Shown: piece after piece, positions 54,867 through 64,000 of the stretch
Layout: each line of letters begins with the position of its first letter
Numbering within the stretch: the stretch's first letter is position 1
Origin: the human T2T-CHM13v2.0 reference genome, Homo sapiens
NCBI RefSeq assembly: GCF_009914755.1
Contig: NC_060930.1
Length of the DNA stretch: 64,000 nucleotides
Strand: one strand, 5' to 3'
The notes under the pieces: generated by a model
What the model saw: only the letters and a program-made list of their open reading frames with translations
Databases searched by the model: none
Told to the model about the DNA's origin: nothing
Translations under genes and position numbers: made by a program

Positions 54867-54872
54867 TTTATT
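54867..54872 (-). terminator. Candidate poly(A) signal for the serpin pseudogene transcript
   Basis: AATAAA on the minus strand about 550 nt beyond the former stop codon. Confidence 0.35.
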
Positions 54873-55420
54873 TTCCCCGTCTGTCTCCTTTCCTTCTGCT
54901 TTCAAAATGTCTCAAGAGTATTTACAAGAGTTGAGCAACACAGGCATCTTTATCTGGGGTCTTTATCCACAGAGCAGAGGACAGGAAGTCATCACTACAG
55001 AGACGAAGCGATGTATGGTTTGACCCAGTGGAGGACTTTGTTAAGGTGGAGGTGTGAGTGTGGAGTGTAAACGTGGGACATCCAGGGCAGTGGAGGGTAA
55101 CCACTGGAGAGGAAGTCTGGGGACAGTTTGGGAGCAGCCAAATATAAAATAAGCATTTCTGTTCTAAATCCAAATGAACATTCTACGCTGCTGTCATCTC
55201 CAGTATACCTCAGAGATCCTAAAGTTTCCTGAAGTTGTTTGGAAGTCACGGCCGATGTAAAGTGAAAGCGCACACATATCTGTAAGCTCTGAGCTCAGGA
55301 TTTCACGTGAGGTCCTTTGTTCGGGAGGCAGGGGGGTTCTCCCTGTTGCTGGCTGAGGTCACTGCATTCATAGTGTGACAGGAGACAGCACAATACAGCA
55401 AAGCAGCTGGAGGGATTGCC

Positions 55421-55819
55421 TTGTAGAGTGGAAGACCTTCCGCAGAACAGAACGCTCTCTGTCCTGTTCTGCTGGAGAATGAAAAGGGATGGGTGGCCTG
55501 CGTGAAACCTCTTTATGGGGCTTGTGCGTTCTGACACTGTGACCGCCGAGGCCACAGCTGCCTTTGTTTCTTCCTCTCTGACCTCCATGAAGGGCTAGCG
55601 CACAAACTTGGACAGGGACGGCTCTATCTCTTGGGTGATATTCTGGAAAAGTCAGTCTTGACTTAGTCAAAGGCATCGGTAATTCCCCAACAGCTGAGAG
55701 CAGACTCCATGCTGCGGTTTTCTTCTAACTTGAATCGAGGAGACTTCCACATCTTTGCTATCCATTGCGCCTGGCTTTGTCCACTCGCTGACTTCTTCAT
55801 ATATAAGCTCATTTTCCAC
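55421..55819 (-). pseudogene. SERPINB9P1: Decayed terminal exon of a clade-B serpin pseudogene (probably SERPINB9P1)
   Basis: Intact acceptor ttccag|GTG at the same position as SERPINB1 exon 7. Reads VENELIYEEVSEWTKP..DVEV / PRFKLEEN..GITDAFD* / LSKFV / EVREEETKAAVASA..FHAGHPSLFILQQNRTESVLFCGRSS, with frameshifts and stops. The symbol comes from recalled locus order. Confidence 0.88.
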
Positions 55820-56543
55820 CTGGAAGAAAAGAGGAGAGAGCCTTAGGGCCCCAGCATTGGGTCCGCACCGAGGCCTACACTGCTCCCCCCATTCCCACCT
55901 AGGACCATGGCATCCCAGTCCTCTCTCCCTGTGGGAGGCTTTCACAGAGGTTCACATGGGCCCAGGCCACTATGATTTTCTGAGTCTCCTTGTTTAATAA
56001 AGAAAATGAAGTGCCAAATATTGTGGTATGTTTTAAAATTTTGTATTTAACAAGTGATCTTTCAAAAATGCAATGCAATCTAATTGTGCTATTCCGAAGT
56101 TAAGCATAGGATTTAGAAAACATTCTTATGGCATTTCTTTCATGGAACATGAGCTTAACTTTTATCATTAAAGTAATTTCTGTCCGTCTTTTCAGTGTAT
56201 CTGTCTCTGTGACTCTAAGTATAGTAAGATTACTAGGAAATAATTTCAACATTTTAACTTTGAGGCCCTATGTGAGGCCCAAGATAAGCCCCACGCACCC
56301 CCATTCCCAGCCACAGGCTCTGCTGCCTGGCACCTCAAGGTCTGGACCCTGTACAGGGCTCCCACATGTCGACACAAGCTCCCATGTGTCACCTGTGCCT
56401 AGTAGAGAGGTGTATATTGCAACAAAAACTACAAATCAAAACAGGGCTGCAGCTCAAGAATCTTCAAGTTTCCTGTACCCCACCACTGGTTTAAGACAAG
56501 GATCAAGTTCATTTCAAGTAACTTATTAGTTACTAGTTAGTAA

Positions 56544-56858
<315 letters not shown>

Positions 56859-58344
56859 GATAATTTCATAGATTATCAGCTACCCTGCACATATTCATGT
56901 ATTGCTTGTCAGTTGACAGGAAAGAGTCTTATCTTATTGGCCAAGAATTTAGCCGGCATCTTTGATCCCATCAGCAGTTTTGCACTTGATATTTGAGGAG
57001 TTTCAAAATGCTAGGAGGCTTTGATATTTTCTTTCACCTCAAAACGAAAATGAAACATGGTCCAAAAAGTTTGCGCTAAGACCAAATGGCCAGTGCAATT
57101 TGTACAAAGAGTTAACACTGTCCTTTTGGATTTTCAGAAAAAGAGCAAGTAACCTTTATGGAGACTGAAACCATAGCCATTTCCATGGAAGGTTGGGGCA
57201 AGAAGCCCTATTTTCAATTTGCTCACACAGAGGCTCTTCATGGGAAGGCCAGACTGCCATGGATGAAACATACAGCGGGGATGTATCCGAACACCGTCTC
57301 CTGGCCTGTGAAACAGACCAAGAAGTCCCCTTGGAGCTAGAGGGGACTCTGTGAGCCCTGAGAGATGCTGCAGCCCAAGGAAGACATGGGAGGAGGCACT
57401 AAGCAGTGTCCCAGGAAGTCACATAAAGAAAACATCATTGGCTGCGCTGCTGCAAATCTGTGTCTGGGAGTTTGGGCCAGGGTGAGAGGGTCGCAGGCTC
57501 TGGGCGAGGTTTAGGAAGCAGGAAAGAGGAGTGGACCCGCTGGAAGCCAGAGGACAAGGTGGACGGGGTACAAGGAAAGGGGTCCGCCAAGGGCAGCCTG
57601 GGAGGACCCTCCTTGATCATGAAAAAAATGAGCAAACGGACACAAATGTCTTTTCAAAAAAGATGCCAAAGGTTGGCCTCAGCAAAGTCCCCTGAAGCAT
57701 CCCCTTCTTGCTTTCCCTGAGAAGCTAGATTCTGCGTGTGGGGTGGGGCATCCGGACTTGGTGGCTTTCCTTCTGAGCTTTCCCCACCTGAGTCATCTGC
57801 AAAGGGCAAGGCTGCAGGCGGGAGAGGCCGGTGTGATGTGACCGCCAGCCACGGTCCCCACACCCCTCTCTGAGGGCTGTCCCCTCCACCTCATGCCATG
57901 ACAGGAAACTTTATGACCTGTTCACTAAAAAATCACTTAAGGATTGGAAAGCACCTGTCTATAAATAAAGGCAAGGGGGCTGCCATTTTAAAATTGGGGG
58001 TGAGACTGGTCGTGTGCTCTCGAGTGGGCGGGGACTTACAGTAACTCAGAGGCAGGGCAGTTCAGGAGCTGTACATGAGCAGAGGCCCGGGTGCTTGGAG
58101 GCCGGCCAGCGTTGGTGGGCCTTCCTGAGGACAGGGTATTTGAGACATACAACAACAGACATAAGCAAGGTTATGATAAAGCTGCAAACCGTTTTCCTGT
58201 TTTCATGGGGGCGTAAAGCTAAAGCAGCACTGAATTAACTCTCGAAGTGGGAGGAGAGATCACTGTTGAGGCGGGAGAGGGGATATGGAAAAGTCTGCGT
58301 TAGGACTCAGCTGTGTCTGCCGCCAAGGCAAGGGTAACTAATAG

Positions 58345-58756
<412 letters not shown>

Positions 58757-59554
58757 TCTCTTCTTTCTTTCATCTGGCTTCTAGAAAAAGAAAGTTCTGC
58801 CTCAAGGCCTGGGAAAAATAGTTTGGTTTCATTTTGTTTTTCTCCAGCTGACAGTGGTTCTCTGAGTGAATGCCCCTTTCTCATGGCCCCACCTCTGTTT
58901 GACCCACCCTACCTCTTCCCCACACCCAAACCAGCCTCCTTCTGCTGCCAGATCATCCTCGGAGCCAGAGATCCCCGCTGGTTTGGACAATAAACATTTG
59001 TTGTGCACTTTCTATTACAGTGCCAAATATCAGGTTAGGTTCTGGGGAGATGAGAAAGGATTAAGCAGTGTCCCAGCCTCCAAGGAGATCATGTGACTCC
59101 ACTGATCATAAATGATGGCCCTGGAAAAAGTTCCAACTCCTCTTCAGTATGGCTCCAGCTGAATGGCTCTGTCCCCTGCCCCTTCTCTGTCTGGGCTGGT
59201 CCCTCTGGTAACTGTCTTATGGGTCTTCTCCCTCCACACCGTCGCTCATGCAGGCCCTTCAGTGTAGTACAGCCTCACAGATGCTCAGCTCAGCAGCCCT
59301 TTGCTTGAGCTTTTGGGTTTAACCTCCATCCTCTTCCTGTTGTCTGTATCTCTGCGTCATCAAACATCTAAATTTAAGTCTCCTATCTGTGTGATCTTAG
59401 ACAAGTGTCTAGTGTCAAGTGTCTAGTGGACAAAGGTTTCTAAACCTTTGTCCTCCATTCCTCATTTGTGAAAGGAAGGTAATGGCTTCCGCTTTGTCCA
59501 TGGCTTAGAGTTGTTCTAAAAATCAAATAACATGATAAATAAATTTAAAAAAAA

Positions 59555-62500
59555 ACAAGTAAGATAACAAGGGCTGGTCCAGATGTGGAGGAAGGGAACA
59601 CCTGCACACTGTTGCTGGGAATTTAAATTAGTACAAGCATTCAGGGAAACAGTATGGAAGTCCCGCAAAAAATTAAAAATAGAATTACCGTATGATCCAG
59701 CAATTTCACTACTGGGTATATCTCCAAAGGAAATGAAATCCTTACCTTGAAGTGGTATCTACACTCCCATGTTCATTGGAGCACTATTCACAATGGCCAA
59801 GATATGAAAACAAGCCAAGTGTCTGTCCATGAATGAATGGCTACAGAAAGTGTGGTATACATATATCTGGTGGAATATTATCCAATCTTAAAAAAAAATT
59901 GTCATTTTCGACATGGATGAACTTAGAAAACATTATGCTAAGTGAAATAAACCAGGCCCAGGCACAGAAAGACAAATACTGAATGATTTCATTGATATCT
60001 GGAATCTAAACTAGAACTCATGAAAGCAGAGAGTAGAAAGCGGCTTGCCTGGGGCTGGGGAACACGGGAATGGGGAGACGTTGGTCAAAGTGGGAGGTGA
60101 CAGCGTGCTGGCAGTTCTCAGAGCCCTCTCTTGCTCTCGGCACCTCCTCTGCCTGGGATCCCACTTTGGTGGCATTTGAGGAGCCCTTCGGCCCCCCCAC
60201 TGCACTGTGGGAGCCCCTTTCTGGGCTGGCCAAGGCTGGAGCCCACTCCCTCAGCTTGCAGGGAGGTGTGGAGGGAGAGGCACGAGCGGGAACCGGGGCT
60301 GCGTGCAGCGCTTGCTGGCCAGCTGGAGTTCCGGGTGGACGTGGGCTTGGCGGGCCGCGCACTCGGAGCAGCCGGCCCTGCTGGCCCCGGGCAATGGGGG
60401 ACTTAGCACCCGGGCCAGCGGCTGCGGAGGGTGTACTGGGTCCCGCAGCAGTGCCAGCCCACCGGCGCTGCGCTCGATTTCTCGCCGGGCCTTAGCTGCC
60501 TTCCCGCGGGGCAGGGCTCGGGACCTGCAGCCCGCCATGCCTGAGCCTCCCACCCACTCCATGGGCTCCTGTACGGCCCGAGCCTCCCCGACAAGCACCA
60601 CCCCCTGCTCCACAGCGCCCAGTCCCATCGACCACCCAAGGGCTGAGGAATGCGAGCGCACGGTGCGGGACTGGCAGGCAGCTCCACCTGCACCCCCAGT
60701 GTGGGGTCCACTGGGTGAAGCCAACTGGGCTCCTGAGTCTGGTGGGGATGTGGAGAGTCTTTATATCTAGCTCAGGGATTGTAAACACACCAATCAGCAC
60801 CCTGTGTCTAGCTCAAGGTTTGTGAGTGCACCAATCGACACTCTGCATCTAGCTGCTCTGGTGGGGCCTTGGAGAACCTTTATGTCTAGCTCAGGGATTG
60901 TAAATACACCAATCAGCACCCTGTGTTTAGCTCAAGGTTTGTGAATGCACCAATCAACACTCTGTATCTAGCTGCTCTGGTGGGGATGTGGAGAACCTTT
61001 ATGTCTAGCTCAGGGATTGTAAATACACCAGTCGGCACTCTGTATCTAGCTCAAGGTTTGTAAACACACCAATTAGCACCCTGTGTTTAACTCAAGGTTT
61101 GTGAATGCACCAATTGACACTCTGTATCTAGCTGCTCTGGTGGGGCCTTGGAGAACCTGTGTGTCCAAACTCTGTATCTAACTAATCTGATGGGGACGTG
61201 GAGAACCTTTGTATCTAGCTCAGGGATTGTAAACGCACCAATCAGCGCCCTGACAAAACAGGCCACTAGGCTCTACCAATCAGCAGGATGTGGGTGGGGC
61301 CAGATAAGAGAATGAAAGCAGGCTGCCCGAGCCAGCATTGACAACCTGCTCAGATCTCCTTCCAGACTGTGGCAGCTTTTTCTTCTTCTTCTTCTTCTTC
61401 TTCTTCTTCTTTCTCTTTTCTTTTCTTTTCTTTTCTTCCCCCTTCTCCTTCTCTTCTTCTCTCTTTCCTCTCCCTTCCTCCCCCTCCCTTCCTCTTTTCT
61501 CTCGCTTTGCAATAAATCTTACTGTTGCTCGTTTTGGGTCTACACTGCTTTTGTGAGCTGTAACAGTCACGGTGAAGATCTGCAACTTCACTCCTAAGCA
61601 CAGTGAAACCATGAGGCCACCAGGAGTGAATTAACAACTCCAGATGCGTTGCCTTAAGAACTGTAACATTCACTACGAAGGTCTGCAGCTTGCCTCCTGA
61701 GCCAGCAAGACCGTGAACCCACCAGAAAAAAAAAACTCCAAATACATCTGAACATCAATAAAGGACAGACTCCAGATGTGCCACCTTAAGTGCTATAACA
61801 CATCATGAGGGTCTGCGGTTTTGTTCTTGAAGTCAGTGAGACCAAAACCCCACCAATTCCCGGTCACAAAAGGGTATAAAGTTTGAATTATGGGTTGAGC
61901 ATTCTGGCTCACACCTGTAATCTCAGTACTTTGAGTGGCTGAAGTGGAAAGATAAGTTGAACACAGGTGGGGGAGGTAGCAGTGAGCTGAGATCACACCA
62001 CTGCATTTCAGCCTGCGTGACAGACTACCTCAAAAAGTTTAAGGTACTCAAAGTTAACACATTTTGGAAATCTAAGGTACAGCATGGCTATGAAAGTTCA
62101 TGAGAATGTATGCTTGAGATGTGCTAAGAGTAGATCCTGAATGTTCTCATCACATACACAAATGATAAGTAAATGTGGAGGATATGTTAATTTGCTTGAC
62201 TATGGTGATCATTTCACAATGTATCTGTATTTATGGTTTAAATGTTTGTTCCCTCCCAAACTCATGTTGAAATTTAATTACCACTGTAACAGTATTAAGA
62301 GGTGAGACCTTTAAGAGGTGATCAGATCATGAGGGCTCTGCCCATATGAATGGATTAATGCATTTATCTGGGGAGTGGATTCCTTATAAAAGGACAATTT
62401 GGGCCTTCTTTTGTCTCTCATCCTCTCTTGCCTTCCACCTTCCACCATGGGACGAGGCAGCAAGAAGGCCTTCACCAGATGCCAGACCCTCAATCTTGGA

Positions 62501-62660
62501 TTCCCTGCCTCCAGAACTGTGAGGAAATAAATTTCTGTTCTTTATAAATTACCTAGTCTGTGGTATTCTGTTATAGCAGCACAAAATGGACTAAGACATA
62601 TATCAAAACATCACATTGTACATTGCAAATGTATACAATTTTTGTTTGTCAACTATACCT
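59555..62660 (+). mobile_element. L1MA-like 3' end split by LTR12, a deleted Alu (about 61892-62035) and an MST LTR (about 62230-62598)
   Basis: L1 sequence is continuous across the insertions (gttggtcaaag | ggtataaagttt). Confidence 0.75.
60091..61868 (+). mobile_element. Solo LTR12 (ERV9, LTR12C-like) with tandem CCAAT enhancer repeats
   Basis: Starts TGGGAGGTGACAGCGTGCTGGCAG and ends CCAATTCCCGGTCACA. 4-bp TSD AAAG (60087-60090 and 61869-61872). Repeated tctagctcagggattgtaaa..caccaatc units at 60760-61280. Confidence 0.93.
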
Positions 62661-63380
62661 CAAGAAAGCTAGAAAAAATCAAATAGTCAAATGGATCTAA
62701 AGTGTTTCTAAGTAGCAAAAGTGCTTTACACATCTATTTTGTTACCATGTTCTATGTCATATTGAAGGTGGGCTTGCCTTTCCACCTTTGGAGTGGATCA
62801 TAAAGTCCTTGAAGAATGGTCTTCCCACAGTATTCAGCACACAGGAGTACCCAAGACATTTGTGTAGAGTTCCTCTGAATTAAAGCTGATGTCAACAACA
62901 CTTCAGATGTCACCAGAGGGTAGGCAGGGCTGCAGAGTCACCCACCTTCAAGGATGATGCTCCAGTCATACCCAATGTGAAAGGTGTCCCCTGGAGCCAT
63001 GCAAACAAATGAGGTGGCCCCAAGAACAGGATCCTAACATCTCAGGAAGTCAGTCGGCCTTGCTTGGCCACAACTTGAGTTGCACTTAATTTTTAAACTA
63101 CCATTAATCCCCCAAAACAGGTGGTGAGAAGGTATTTTATATATGAGTGTAACGGCTTTGTTCTCATTCTAAAAGAAAGCAGATGTTATTCAAATCAGAT
63201 GACCACAACCAGATGACGGAAAGGGGAAGGCAAAATGTTTTAACTTATTAAAAATATAAACTTGACTCAGAATACTCACATGATTCAGCTAAAGAGAAAA
63301 TCATCTCTGGTGTTTAGGCACTCATTTGCATTTAAAAACCCAAAAGGAATCATTGTGACGAATTGTTGATATTAATATTT

Positions 63381-63800
63381 GTATTAACTGTCTAGGGCTG
63401 CCATACATAACAAAGTACTTTAGGCTGGGCAGCTTAAACAACAGAAAGGTATTTATTGTCTCATTTCTGAGGGCTGAAAGTCTAAGATCAAGGTGTCAGT
63501 AAGGTGGGTTCCTTCTTGGGACTCAGAGGGAGAATATGTTCCAGGCCTCCCTCCTTAACTTGCAGATGGCCCTCCTCTCTCTATAGCTCTTTAGTGTTTT
63601 CCCTCTGTATGTGTCCGTGTCCAAATTAACCCTTTTATAAGGACGCCAGTCATATTGGGTGACCTAATGACCTCATTTTGCCTTAATTACCCCTGTAAAA
63701 ACCCTGTCTCCAAATACAGTCACATTCCAAGATACTGGAGGTTAGGAATTTAACATATGAATTGAGGGGAGTGAAGAACAACCCAATCCAGCCCATGACA
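63381..63800 (-). mobile_element. MLT1-type MaLR LTR
   Basis: gcttaaacaacagaaa..aagatcaaggtgtcag..tataaggac.ccagtcatattgg..tccaaatacagtcacatt. Confidence 0.75.
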
Positions 63801-64000
63801 GTGTCCTAGTGTTTCAAGACAGTTTCTGCACAGATAGACATGGAGACATCGTTCTATCCTTACCTTGCTGATTTTAAGACTCCCTACCCCACACACAAGT
63901 TGCTGCTGTTGTTTATTTAATAAAACTGTGTAGATCACTTTCCTTTGAAACACTGATGCACAGCTGTGGAAGGTGGGGTATCTGGGATTACATGCCGACA

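Noticed and set aside
60011-60800. Overlapping GC-rich ORFs up to 187 aa
   Set aside because: They lie entirely in the GC-rich U3 region of LTR12 and show no coding signature.

Overview
This is primate, almost certainly human, genomic DNA that I recognise as the 6p25 clade-B serpin cluster. It holds one intact protein-coding gene, SERPINB1 (leukocyte/monocyte-neutrophil elastase inhibitor), on the minus strand. SERPINB1 has a non-coding exon 1 at about 41970-42020 in a CpG island with TATA, Ets and GC boxes, six coding exons that join to 1140 nt (379 aa), and two candidate poly(A) signals. About 13 kb upstream on the same strand lie a decayed terminal exon of a serpin-B pseudogene (probably SERPINB9P1) and the MIR4645 hairpin. 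These sit in a structurally odd 3 kb block that also contains a 38-bp VNTR, a C/G-rich minisatellite and a 108-bp direct duplication. The rest is mostly transposon-derived: a two-LTR ERVL (LTR47-like) provirus at 0.7-7.1 kb with nested L1HS pre-Ta, MER1B and LTR8 insertions; old L1M blocks; an MST MaLR provirus next to the SERPINB1 promoter; a solo LTR12 with an internal microsatellite; and about 30 Alus. Nearly all other ORFs in the track are repeat-derived noise. I find no well-supported new biological system. The best leads are regulatory or evolutionary: the VNTR/miRNA/duplication block, the pseudogene P1 residue, the young L1, and the LTR12. Gene, miRNA and repeat-subfamily names come from remembered sequences, not from a database search.
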